Source: Polyangiales bacterium (lineage in GTDB: Bacteria; Myxococcota_A; Polyangia; Polyangiales; Ga0077539). Taken from it: DNA of 64,000 bases. Positions within the stretch are counted from its first letter, which is position 1, and each line of letters begins with the position of its first letter. Below, one piece after another: positions 15,881 to 26,341 of the stretch. The DNA lies in NCBI GenBank assembly GCA_046351535.1, contig JAXLYG010000005.1, positions 229,334 through 293,333 of the forward strand. Direction: 5' to 3'. The translations under genes and the position numbers were made by a program. The notes below the pieces were generated by a model. The model was not told the origin of the DNA and searched no databases. It worked only from the letters and a program-made list of their open reading frames with translations.

Positions 15881-18742
15881 ATGCGAACCCTGGCTCTCGT
15901 GACGATGGGCGTGCTCGGCGCGCTCGGCTGCTCCGACAACACCTCGACCCCGACCCCGACGACGGACGCCGCCGCCGATGTCGCCCGCGACGCGACGAGC
16001 GACTCCACCGTCGATGGCGGTGGCGTCGATGGGATCCCCGCTGCCGTGGCCGCGCACCCGCTGAGCGAGTCTGCCACCCGCTCGATGGGCCTCGATGGTC
16101 CGGTCGATGTCGTCTATGACCGCATGGGGTGGCCGCACGTCTACGCGTCGAGCCTGCGCGACGCCGCCGCGGTGCAGGGCTACATCATGGCCCGCGATCG
16201 CATGCCGCAGATGGAGATGCTCCGTCGCCTCGCGTCGGGCACGCTCGCCGAGCGCTTTGGCGTGCTCGTGTCGGACTCGTCGCTCGTCGATCGCGACCTC
16301 GCGGCGCGCGTGCTCGGGCTTCGACGCGCGGCCACCGCGATGTGGGCCGCCACGATGCCGGGGCGTGACAAGACGCTCCTCGAGAACTTCGCGCGCGGCG
16401 TGAACAAGTACCTCCAGGAGGTGCGCGACGGCTCCGTGACGCTGCCGTCGGAGACGGCCCTCGTGGTCGATCAGGACACGCCCGACTGGACCCCCATCGA
16501 CTCGCTCGTGATCGGTCGCTACCAGTCGTACTCGCTCTCGTACGACGCCAACGACGACGTCGACAGCTCGCTCCTGGCCGAGCGCGCCACGCGCGTGTTC
16601 GAGACCGCCGACGCGATGATGCAGCCCGCGCGCGCCGCGCGTCGGGGCTTTCTCGCGGACATCACCCGCTGGACGCCGCAGTCGCCCGTGGCGGTGGTGC
16701 CGAACTTCCTCCCGCGTCCCACCGGGGCGATGAGCACGTTCAGGCCCGACGTCGATCGGCCGTCGATCCCGCGCCGCGTGGTCGACGCGACGGCGAACTT
16801 CCGCAGGCTCTCGAATCAGCTCGCCGAGGTGTGGGGAGACGAGACCCGCGGGAGCAACAACTGGGTGGTGCACCCCTCGGCCTCGACGACGGGGCACGCG
16901 CTCCTCGCCAACGATCCGCACCTGTCGCTCACGTCGCCCGCGATCTGGTGGGGCAGCCACCTCACCGTCACGCGCGGCCCCGACGCCGTCGACGTCGCAG
17001 GGACGACCTTTCCGGGCATCCCCGGCGTGATCATCGGGTTCACGCCGCGCCTCGCGTGGGGCGTCACCACGGCGGGCTACGACGTCACCGACGTGTACGC
17101 CGAGACCGTCACGCCGGGCGCGAGCGGACAGCCCGACACCGTGCGCTTCAACGGCATGCAGGTGCCCATCGTGACGATGCCCGAGGCCGTGAACACGGGC
17201 AGCGGGACGTACATGGCGCCGCTCGAGTACGTGCCCCACCACGGCCCGATCATCCCCGACATCCGCAACGGTCGGATCATGCCGCGCACGGGCACGCGCG
17301 CCCTCACGATCAAGTGGACGGGGCACCAGCCCACGACGGAGCTCACGGCCTTTCTGAGCCTCGCGTACGCGCGCACCGCGGCCGAAGGCAAGACCGCCGT
17401 CAACGCGTTCGGCGTCGGCGCGCAGAACTTCGTCATCGCCGACATCGACGGGAACGTCGAGTACACCAGCCATTCGAACATCCCGATCCGCGCGGCGGGC
17501 GCGATGACCTGGTCGCCCACCAACCCCGCGGGCACGCACCCGTGCTCCATTCTCCCCGGCACGGGCGAGGCCGAGTGGACGGGCAACGTCGCGAACAACA
17601 ACATCCCGCAGGCGACGCTCTCGGCCACGCTGCCCTTCCTCGCGACGGCCAACAACGACCAGGCCGGCGTGACCTTCGACGGGAACCCCTTCGACTCCCC
17701 CGTGTACCTCGGGTGCTACTACCCGTCGGGCTGGCGCGCCGAGCGCATCACGACGCGCCTCCGCGCCCTCGGCACGCGCGTCTCCGTCGACGACATGAAG
17801 TCCATCCAGGCCGACGCGCAGGTCGAGGCGGGCGCGCGCTATCGGCCCTTCCTCGCGCAGGCCATGGCGCGACTCGAGATGGAGTGGACCACCGCGGGCA
17901 CGCAGCGCGACCTCTCCACGCTCGCCACGACGCTGCGTCCGCGGCAGGACCGCATCCGTGAGGCCGCGCGGCGCATCGCCGAGTGGACCCTCGACAGCCC
18001 CTCGGGCATGGAGACCGGCGTCACCGACGCGCAGCGCAGGGACTCCGTCGCGACGACGCTCTTTCACGCGTGGGTGGGCCAGGTGCTCAACGGGCTCTTC
18101 ACCGACGAGCTCGCGGCGCTCAACGAGGGGCAGTCGAGCGGCGTCGGCATCGACCGGCTGCGCGTGGCGCTCTACCTCCTCGAGCACCCGATGGACGCGC
18201 GCACCCGCGACGCCGCCACGGGCCAGAGCGCGCTCTGGGACGACATGACCACGGCGGACGTGAGCGAGACGCGAGACCTCATCCTCCTTCGCTCGCTCGA
18301 CGCTGCGCTCACGGGGCTCGCGACGGCGTACACGTCGCCCGACATGGCGATGTGGCTCTGGGGGCAGTTCCACACGGTGCAGTTCGACAGCATCATCCCG
18401 GGGCCGGGCGCGGGGCTCTCGATTCCGCCCGACCGCGACACGATGTTCCCGCGGGGCTTTCCGAGGCACGGCGGCATCGACGTGGTCGACGCGGCGAACT
18501 TCGGCCTCGGCGGGTTCTCGTGGGGCTTCGGCTCGGGCGCCTCGCAGCGCTTCGTCGTCGAGCTCACGCCCACGGGGCCGCAGGCCTTCAACGCCATCCC
18601 CGGCGGACAGAGCATGACGCGCGGCAACGCGCACTTCCGCGACGGCGCCGAGCTCTGGCGTCAGAACCAGTATCACCCCGTGCCACTCTCGACGACCGAC
18701 GTGGTCGCCGCGTCGGAGCGGCACATCCGCTTCACCCCCTGA
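15881..18742 (+). CDS. peptidase S45 family Ntn-hydrolase (penicillin/AHL acylase-like), secreted
   Basis: Signal peptide with Cys (MRTLALVTMGVLGALGCS). Conserved autoprocessing and nucleophile region GSNNWVVHPSASTTGHALLANDPHL typical of S45 acylases (PvdQ/QuiP/penicillin G acylase). Confidence 0.8.
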   Translation: MRTLALVTMGVLGALGCSDNTSTPTPTTDAAADVARDATSDSTVDGGGVDGIPAAVAAHPLSESATRSMGLDGPVDVVYDRMGWPHVYASSLRDAAAVQGYIMARDRMPQMEMLRRLASGTLAERFGVLVSDSSLVDRDLAARVLGLRRAATAMWAATMPGRDKTLLENFARGVNKYLQEVRDGSVTLPSETALVVDQDTPDWTPIDSLVIGRYQSYSLSYDANDDVDSSLLAERATRVFETADAMMQPARAARRGFLADITRWTPQSPVAVVPNFLPRPTGAMSTFRPDVDRPSIPRRVVDATANFRRLSNQLAEVWGDETRGSNNWVVHPSASTTGHALLANDPHLSLTSPAIWWGSHLTVTRGPDAVDVAGTTFPGIPGVIIGFTPRLAWGVTTAGYDVTDVYAETVTPGASGQPDTVRFNGMQVPIVTMPEAVNTGSGTYMAPLEYVPHHGPIIPDIRNGRIMPRTGTRALTIKWTGHQPTTELTAFLSLAYARTAAEGKTAVNAFGVGAQNFVIADIDGNVEYTSHSNIPIRAAGAMTWSPTNPAGTHPCSILPGTGEAEWTGNVANNNIPQATLSATLPFLATANNDQAGVTFDGNPFDSPVYLGCYYPSGWRAERITTRLRALGTRVSVDDMKSIQADAQVEAGARYRPFLAQAMARLEMEWTTAGTQRDLSTLATTLRPRQDRIREAARRIAEWTLDSPSGMETGVTDAQRRDSVATTLFHAWVGQVLNGLFTDELAALNEGQSSGVGIDRLRVALYLLEHPMDARTRDAATGQSALWDDMTTADVSETRDLILLRSLDAALTGLATAYTSPDMAMWLWGQFHTVQFDSIIPGPGAGLSIPPDRDTMFPRGFPRHGGIDVVDAANFGLGGFSWGFGSGASQRFVVELTPTGPQAFNAIPGGQSMTRGNAHFRDGAELWRQNQYHPVPLSTTDVVAASERHIRFTP

Positions 18743-18759
18743 GCGGACCTCGCATCCCG

Positions 18760-19001
18760 TCAGGCCTTCGAAGACCCCGCCCGCGACGCGATCTCCTCCG
18801 CCGCGGTCGAGAGGTCTTCGATGGCCGTGGTCTTGTCTCCGTGCAGGTACGCGCGGAGCCCGTAGGCCGCCGTGAGCGCGATCGAGATGTTCACGCCGCG
18901 CGACGAGAGCGCGTCGGCGACGTCGGCGTTCTTCAGCAGCGCGTCGAGGTCGTCGAACACCTCGTCGAGCTCTCGCAGGCCCTTCTCCGATGCACTCATT
19001 C

Positions 19002-19005
<4 letters not shown>
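18760..19005 (-). CDS. small hypothetical protein translationally coupled to gatB
   Basis: The ATG (19003-19005, complement) overlaps the gatB stop. 81 aa, acidic and helical (ELDEVFDDLDALLKNADVADAL). No family recognised. Confidence 0.35.
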
Positions 19006-20451
<1,446 letters not shown>

Positions 20452-20500
20452 GGGAGGCGCGGAGGATAGTTCCTCGCGGCGTCGCATCGCAACGCGCGGA

Positions 20501-22825
20501 TCACTCGACACCGCCGTCGGGGCGGAGGGTGACCGTGACGGCGCCCGAGAGGTCCGTGCGACGGAGGTCGACGCCGTGACGCCGCATGGCCGCGAGCACC
20601 GCGGGGTGAGGATGACCGAAGGGGGATGGGTGCCCCGCGCTCACGAGCGCCACGCGCGGACGGAGCACGTCGAGAAACGCGTCGCTGCTCGACGTGGCGC
20701 TCCCGTGATGACCGACCTTGAGCACATCGACGCGACCGAGCTGAGAGAGGATCAGCGACTCTCCCGCGCGTTCGAGGTCGCCGGGGAGGAGCGCGGAGGC
20801 GCGTCCGACGGTGATGCGGATCACGAACGACGCGTCGTTGGGGGGAGTCTCGTCGAGCGCCGAGGGACAGGGCGCGAGCACCTCGATCCACGCGCCGTGA
20901 AAGCGCCTCGGAGGACCGCACAGGGCACCCGGTCCGATCACGGGAACGTGCTTCTCCGAAGCTGTTTGAAGCGTCTCGCCGTAGGCTCCCGTGAAGCCGA
21001 GCGAACGGCCCTGGCCGGTGTCCCAGAGCGCGTCGACGCGGAGCGCGCGGAGCACCGCGGGGAGACCTCCCGCGTGATCGGGATGCGGGTGAGAGAGCAC
21101 CACCGCGACGAGGTGATCGCGCCTTCGAAGCGCGAGCCACGGAACCACCTCGCGCGCCCCCGGATCGGGACCTCCGGTGAGCGCGCCGCCGCCGTCGACG
21201 AGCATCGCTTCTCCGTCGGGGAGCTCGACCACGATCGCGTCTCCCTGACCGACGTCGATGGCCGTGATTCGCAGCGCTCCGTGTGGGTGGAGCCCGTGAC
21301 GGTGGATGGCCTCCAGCGCGCCGAGCGAGAGCGCGCACGCGAGCAGGAGCGCGAGCGTGTGTCGCAGCGAGCGACCGCACGAGGCCACGGCGAAGACCGT
21401 CGCGACGATCCACTCGGCGGGTGTCGGAGCGGGGGTCGCGATCGACGCGAACGGCAACCGCATCGCCACCGAAGGCAGCGCGAAGAGCACACCGAGGAGC
21501 CCTCCGACGGGCGTTCCAACGAGCGTCGCGAGGCTCAGCGGGAGAAGCGCGCCGAGCGCCGCCGCGACGAGCACCGCGGGGAGCAGGAGCGCCTCTCCCA
21601 CGGGCGCAGCGACGGCGTTCATCACGGTGGCCGTGAGCGGCGCGCGACCGAAGTGCCACGCGAGCGCAGGCGTGACCGCGATGCCCACGCGTACGCTCGC
21701 AGAGAGCGCGCCCACGAGCTCGCTTCGAAGATGTGACCCGAGGCTCGGAGACGCTTCTTGCGCGGGCTCCGAAGATCCGCGCGCGAGCGCCCACGACGCG
21801 ACGACCGAGAGCACCCAGCCCACGTCGACCACGAGCGACGGATCGCGCGCGGCCATCACGAGTGCCACGAGCGCCACCGCGCTCTCGCCGTGCGCGCGTC
21901 TGCCCGAGAGCGTCGCGAGGGCCGTGATCGTCGCCGTGAGCAGCGCGCGAAGGGACGACGGAGCCTCGCCCGTCACCACGACGAAGAAGCCCACGAGCGG
22001 GAGCGGGAGAATCCCTGCGACGCGCGGTGCGATGCCGCGAACGGCGAGCCAGCGGGCGCGCGTGAGCAGCGCGCGCATCACCGCGCCCGTGAGCGCGAGG
22101 AGCAGCGAGACGTGCGCGCCCGAGACCGCGAGGAGGTGCGCCATTCCCGTCTCTCGAAAGGCTTCGTGCTCGCGCGCATCGAGCCCCGTGCGGTCGCCGA
22201 AGAGGAGCGCCCTCGCGCGCGACGCGTGCTGCACCGAGAGCGACTTCGCGAGGGAGGCTTCGAGCGCGCGCCGGGTCACGAGGGCCGCGCGACGCACGAG
22301 ATCCATCGGCGAGGCGCGACGGGCGACGACCTCACACGCCGCGGAGTCGAGCGTCCAACGCAGCCCCTTCAGCACGCGCGAGAGTCCCGAAGGATCGCGC
22401 GGGGGATTGCGCATGGGGACGATCGCGCGCGCGGTGACCACGGCCTCGATCACGTCGCCCGGCATCGCGGCGCAGCGACCGGGCGGGAGGTGAAGCTCCG
22501 AGCGTCCGAAGCCATCGACCTCGACGACGCAGCGATCGCGCGCGCCGTCGGTCGCGCATCCGTCGAGGACACGTCCCCGCGCGAGGGCGGCCTCCGCGAC
22601 GGGAACCCTCGGCCACACGGGGACTTCGAGCGAAGACCGTCGCGCGCCGCCCGCGAGGAGCGCGGCCGCGAGGAGCAGCCACGACGAGGCGATTCCCCGG
22701 GCGCGGGCGACGAGCGCCACCCCCACGAGGGAGGCCGACACGATCGCGCATACGAGGGGAGGCGGGGCCCACGGGAGGGTCATCCCGAGCAGAAAGGCGG
22801 CGACGATGAGCGGGAGCGGCCCCAT
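20501..22825 (-). CDS. comEC: DNA internalization competence protein ComEC/Rec2 with C-terminal metallo-beta-lactamase domain
   Basis: Polytopic membrane competence domain. C-terminal MBL motifs (ITAIDVGQGDAIVVELPDGEAMLVDGG; SHPHPDHAGG; KVGHHGS). Confidence 0.85.
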   Translation of the reverse strand: MGPLPLIVAAFLLGMTLPWAPPPLVCAIVSASLVGVALVARARGIASSWLLLAAALLAGGARRSSLEVPVWPRVPVAEAALARGRVLDGCATDGARDRCVVEVDGFGRSELHLPPGRCAAMPGDVIEAVVTARAIVPMRNPPRDPSGLSRVLKGLRWTLDSAACEVVARRASPMDLVRRAALVTRRALEASLAKSLSVQHASRARALLFGDRTGLDAREHEAFRETGMAHLLAVSGAHVSLLLALTGAVMRALLTRARWLAVRGIAPRVAGILPLPLVGFFVVVTGEAPSSLRALLTATITALATLSGRRAHGESAVALVALVMAARDPSLVVDVGWVLSVVASWALARGSSEPAQEASPSLGSHLRSELVGALSASVRVGIAVTPALAWHFGRAPLTATVMNAVAAPVGEALLLPAVLVAAALGALLPLSLATLVGTPVGGLLGVLFALPSVAMRLPFASIATPAPTPAEWIVATVFAVASCGRSLRHTLALLLACALSLGALEAIHRHGLHPHGALRITAIDVGQGDAIVVELPDGEAMLVDGGGALTGGPDPGAREVVPWLALRRRDHLVAVVLSHPHPDHAGGLPAVLRALRVDALWDTGQGRSLGFTGAYGETLQTASEKHVPVIGPGALCGPPRRFHGAWIEVLAPCPSALDETPPNDASFVIRITVGRASALLPGDLERAGESLILSQLGRVDVLKVGHHGSATSSSDAFLDVLRPRVALVSAGHPSPFGHPHPAVLAAMRRHGVDLRRTDLSGAVTVTLRPDGGVE

Positions 22826-23031
22826 GCGGGGGCGCCCATCAGCCTCCGTGCCTCCTCACGAAAGCCTACGAAACAAGACCTTTGTGAGATCGTGGGGTGG
22901 CGGATCGGGTGGCGGCGGGGTGGCGATCGGGTGGCGGCCCGCCACCCCCTGGTCGAGCGTTCGTTGCATCCACGCAACGATGGCTGTCTCCCTGAGTTGA
23001 CCGGAAAAGAGCTTGACCTTGGGAGACCATA

Positions 23032-23075
23032 CCCTTACGTAAGGGGAGGTTCAGCCTCCAACCCTTACGCATGGG
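23032..23075 (+). promoter_or_regulatory. candidate operator: perfect 14-bp palindrome CCCTTACGTAAGGG plus a second CCCTTACGCATGGG half-site, downstream of TTGACC -35-like hexamers, immediately upstream of the MerR-type gene
   Basis: Palindrome read directly at 23032-23045 and related copy at 23062-23075. TTGACC hexamers at 22996 and 23013. Confidence 0.3.
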
Positions 23076-23083
23076 TGAGAGTT

Positions 23084-23647
23084 ATGACGGTCCGACTTCC
23101 GATCGCAGACACGACCTCCGAGCTGGCGCTTCGCCCGCCGCGCGAGGCTTCGTCTGCTGACGGGGTCGCGCCGGGCGAGCTCCTTCGCGTGGGCGACATC
23201 GCGCAGCGCACCAACAAGACCGTGCGCGCGCTGCACCTCTACGAGGAGCTCGGGCTGCTCCACCCCATCGAGCGCAGCAAAGGCGGCTTTCGCCTCTACG
23301 GCCCCGACGCCGTGGTGCGCGTGCGCTGGATCGCGAAGCTTCAGGACATGGGCTTCTCGCTGCCCGACATCAAAGAGCTGCTCCACGAGTGGGGCCGCTC
23401 GGGGTCGGCGACGGGCGCCATGACGCGCATCCGCGAGCTCTACCGCCAGAAGCTCGATGAGACCGACGCGCAGATCAAGAAGCTCCAGGCGTTGCGCCAC
23501 GAGCTCTCGTCGTCGGTCGACTACCTCGAGACCTGCGAGGTGTGCGACCCCGTGCGCCTCATCTCCGCTTGTCCACACTGTGAAATGCACGGCTGCGGAG
23601 CCCCCGACCTCGTCGCGGGGCTCCACGGCGCGCGGCCCTCGACGTGA
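23084..23647 (+). CDS. MerR family transcriptional regulator with C-terminal Cys cluster (CEVCDP…CPHCEMHGC)
   Basis: MerR HTH ([28 protein letters not shown]) and coiled-coil dimerisation helix. C-terminal C-x2-C…C-x2-C-x3-C, a likely metal or Fe-S sensing site. It lies directly upstream of iscS. Confidence 0.75.
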   Translation: MTVRLPIADTTSELALRPPREASSADGVAPGELLRVGDIAQRTNKTVRALHLYEELGLLHPIERSKGGFRLYGPDAVVRVRWIAKLQDMGFSLPDIKELLHEWGRSGSATGAMTRIRELYRQKLDETDAQIKKLQALRHELSSSVDYLETCEVCDPVRLISACPHCEMHGCGAPDLVAGLHGARPST

Positions 23648-23667
23648 CCCCGAAGGATCACCTGAAC

Positions 23668-24900
23668 ATGGCCCTCAAGCTCCCGATCTACATGGACTAC
23701 CACGCCACCACGCCCGTCGATCCGCGCGTGCTGGAGACCATGCTCCCGTACTTCACCGAGAAGTTCGGCAACGCCGCGTCGCGCTCGCACCGCTTCGGCT
23801 GGGAGGCCGAAGAGGCCGTCAGCTACGCCCGCGAGCAGGTGGCCACGCTCATCGGCGCCGACAAGCCCGAGGAGATCGTCTTCACCTCGGGCGCGAGCGA
23901 GAGCAACAACCTCGCGCTCAAGGGCGTGGCCGAGTTCTACCGCGACAAGGGCGACCACATCATCACCACGAAGGTCGAGCACAAGGCCGTGCTCGACACC
24001 TGCAAGCGCCTCGAGAAGCAGGGCTTCAAGGTCACCTACCTCGACGTCGACAAGACCGGCATCGTCTCGCCCGAGGCCGTGCGCGAGGCCATCACCGACA
24101 AGACCATCCTCGTGTCGGTGATGCTCGCCAACAACGAGGTCGGCACCATCCAGCCCATCGCGGACATCGGCAAGATCTGCAAGGACCGCGGCGTGCTCTT
24201 TCACGTCGACGCCGTGCAGGGCCTCGGCAAGACCGAGTTCGACGTGCGCGCGATGGGCGTCGACCTCGCCTCGCTCACGGCGCACAAGATCTACGGGCCG
24301 AAGGGCGTGGGCGCGCTCTACGTCCGTCGCTCGCGTCCGCGCGTGCGCATCGCGGCGCAGATCGACGGCGGCGGACACGAGCGCGGCATGCGCTCGGGCA
24401 CGCTCAACGTCACGGGCATCGTGGGCTTCGGCAAGGCCTGCGAGGTGCTCACGAAGACGTGGCGCGACGAGGTCGTTCGCATCCGCGCGCAGCGCGACCG
24501 GCTCTCGAAGCGGATCTTCGAAGGGCTCGACGAGGTGTACCTCAACGGCCCCGCGCTCGATGGTCCGTCGCGGCTGCCCAACAACCTCAACGTGTCGTTC
24601 GCCTACGTCGAGGGCGAGGGGCTGATGATGGCCATCAAAGACGTGGCCGTCTCGTCGGGGAGCGCGTGCACCAGCTCGTCGCTCGAGCCCTCGTATGTGC
24701 TCCGCGCGCTCGGCGTCGACGAGGAGCTCGCGCACACGAGCATCCGCTTCGGGCTCGGGCGATTCACCACCGACGAGGAGGTCGACTTCGTGGCCGACCT
24801 GGTGATCTCGAAGGTGAAGAAGCTCCGCGACCTCTCGCCGCTCTACGAGATGGCGAAGGAGGGCATCGACATCAAGAACATCCAGTGGGCCGCCCACTGA
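23668..24900 (+). CDS. iscS: cysteine desulfurase IscS
   Basis: PLP-lysine region ([18 protein letters not shown]) and the active-site Cys loop ([17 protein letters not shown]). Strongly IscS/NifS-like throughout. Confidence 0.92.
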   Translation: MALKLPIYMDYHATTPVDPRVLETMLPYFTEKFGNAASRSHRFGWEAEEAVSYAREQVATLIGADKPEEIVFTSGASESNNLALKGVAEFYRDKGDHIITTKVEHKAVLDTCKRLEKQGFKVTYLDVDKTGIVSPEAVREAITDKTILVSVMLANNEVGTIQPIADIGKICKDRGVLFHVDAVQGLGKTEFDVRAMGVDLASLTAHKIYGPKGVGALYVRRSRPRVRIAAQIDGGGHERGMRSGTLNVTGIVGFGKACEVLTKTWRDEVVRIRAQRDRLSKRIFEGLDEVYLNGPALDGPSRLPNNLNVSFAYVEGEGLMMAIKDVAVSSGSACTSSSLEPSYVLRALGVDEELAHTSIRFGLGRFTTDEEVDFVADLVISKVKKLRDLSPLYEMAKEGIDIKNIQWAAH

Positions 24901-24936
24901 TCACCGTCTTCGCAACGAACTGAAGGACACCGCGCC

Positions 24937-25335
24937 ATGGCGTACAGCGACAAGGTCATCGAGCACGCAGAGAACCCCAGGAACGTGGGGACGCTCGACA
25001 AGGAAGATCCCAACGTGGGCACCGGGCTCGTCGGCGCGCCGGCGTGCGGCGACGTGATGCGGCTGCAGATCAAGGTCGGCGACGGCGGCGTGATCGAGGA
25101 CGCCAAGTTCAAGACCTTCGGCTGCGGCTCGGCCATCGCCAGCTCGTCGCTCGCGACGGAGTGGCTCAAGGGCCGCACGCTCGACGAGGCCGAGACCATC
25201 AAGAACACCGACATCGTGGCGGAGCTCAACCTCCCGCCCGTGAAGATCCACTGCTCGGTGCTCGCCGAAGACGCCATCAAGAGCGCCATCGACGACTACC
25301 GCAAGAAGCAGGCTGCGCGTCGGGCGCAGGGCTGA
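24937..25335 (+). CDS. iscU: Fe-S cluster assembly scaffold IscU
   Basis: GAPACGDVMRLQIKV, the LPPVK HscA-binding motif, and conserved Cys and His ligands (KIHCSVLAEDAI). Confidence 0.92.
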   Translation: MAYSDKVIEHAENPRNVGTLDKEDPNVGTGLVGAPACGDVMRLQIKVGDGGVIEDAKFKTFGCGSAIASSSLATEWLKGRTLDEAETIKNTDIVAELNLPPVKIHCSVLAEDAIKSAIDDYRKKQAARRAQG

Positions 25336-25350
25336 GAGGAGACGGCGACG

Positions 25351-25743
25351 ATGGACGCGCAGACGACACCCGCAGCGACCCCCGCGGCGACCCCCGAGCG
25401 GCGCGAGGAGAAGGTCCTCTCGATCTCGGTCTCTCCCAAGGCCGTGGTGAAGGCGAAGGAGGCGCTCGCGAAGCGCGGCACTCCGACGGCGATGCTGCGA
25501 CTCGGCGTGCGCGGCGGCGGCTGCTCGGGCTTCGGCTACGTGATCGAGTTCGCCGACGAGCCGGGCGCGCGCGACAAGGTCTTCGAGTTCGACGGGCTCA
25601 AGGTGGTCATCGACCCGAAGTCCCTCGTGCTCCTCAACGGCGCGACCCTCGACTACGAGACCAAGCTCATGGGCCACGGCTTCAAGTTCGTGAACCCCAA
25701 CGAGAAGACCTCGTGCGGCTGCGGCGAGAGCTTTACCGTCTGA
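25351..25743 (+). CDS. iscA: Fe-S cluster insertion protein IscA/HesB family
   Basis: GGGCSGFGY and C-terminal SCGCGESF Cys ligands. Confidence 0.85.
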   Translation: MDAQTTPAATPAATPERREEKVLSISVSPKAVVKAKEALAKRGTPTAMLRLGVRGGGCSGFGYVIEFADEPGARDKVFEFDGLKVVIDPKSLVLLNGATLDYETKLMGHGFKFVNPNEKTSCGCGESFTV

Positions 25744-25768
25744 GCCCGCGCTGCGTCGCGGTACATCG

Positions 25769-26278
25769 ATGAACGACCCCTTCGCCACGCTCGGCGTCCC
25801 CGCCCGCTTCTCCTTCGCGACCGGCGAGCTCGAACAGCGTCACAGAGACCTCTCGCGCGCCCTGCACCCCGACCGCTACGTGAACGCGCCTTCGAGCGAG
25901 CGACGCGTGGCGCTCGAGCGCGCGGTCTCGGTCAACGACGCCTTTCGCGCGCTCAAAGACCCGCTCACCAGGGCGCAGTCGCTCCTCGCACTCCACGGCC
26001 TCTCGATCCGCGAAGGCGAGCGCGCCGCCCCGGCGCTCCTCATGGAGATCATGGAGCTGCGCGAGGAGCTCGACGCCGTTCGCACGAAGCCCGAGCGTGT
26101 GGCCTCGCTGCGCGCGCAGGTCGACGCCCACGTCGCCGCCCAGGAGCGCGTCGTCGCCGAGGTCTTCGACCGCGAGGGACCCATCGACGCGAAGGCGCTC
26201 TCGCGCGCCCGCGACGCCGTCGTGAAGCTCCGGTATTACAAGCGCTTCCAGGAAGAGGCCGACGCCCTCGACGAGTGA
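25769..26278 (+). CDS. hscB: Fe-S assembly co-chaperone HscB (J-domain)
   Basis: J-domain with HPD (LSRALHPDRY) and a C-terminal helical HscB domain, between iscA and hscA. Confidence 0.8.
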   Translation: MNDPFATLGVPARFSFATGELEQRHRDLSRALHPDRYVNAPSSERRVALERAVSVNDAFRALKDPLTRAQSLLALHGLSIREGERAAPALLMEIMELREELDAVRTKPERVASLRAQVDAHVAAQERVVAEVFDREGPIDAKALSRARDAVVKLRYYKRFQEEADALDE

Positions 26279-26341
26279 CCCTCGCGTCGCCGCTCTCGCT
26301 GCGAACTCAAATCTCTCTCAACGATCGGCTGAGCTCTCATC

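Noticed and set aside
15830-18724. 964-aa ORF on the minus strand
   Set aside because: Entirely antisense to the well-supported S45 acylase gene. It is Arg/Gly/Asp-rich low-complexity translation typical of the reverse frame in 70% GC DNA, with no motifs.
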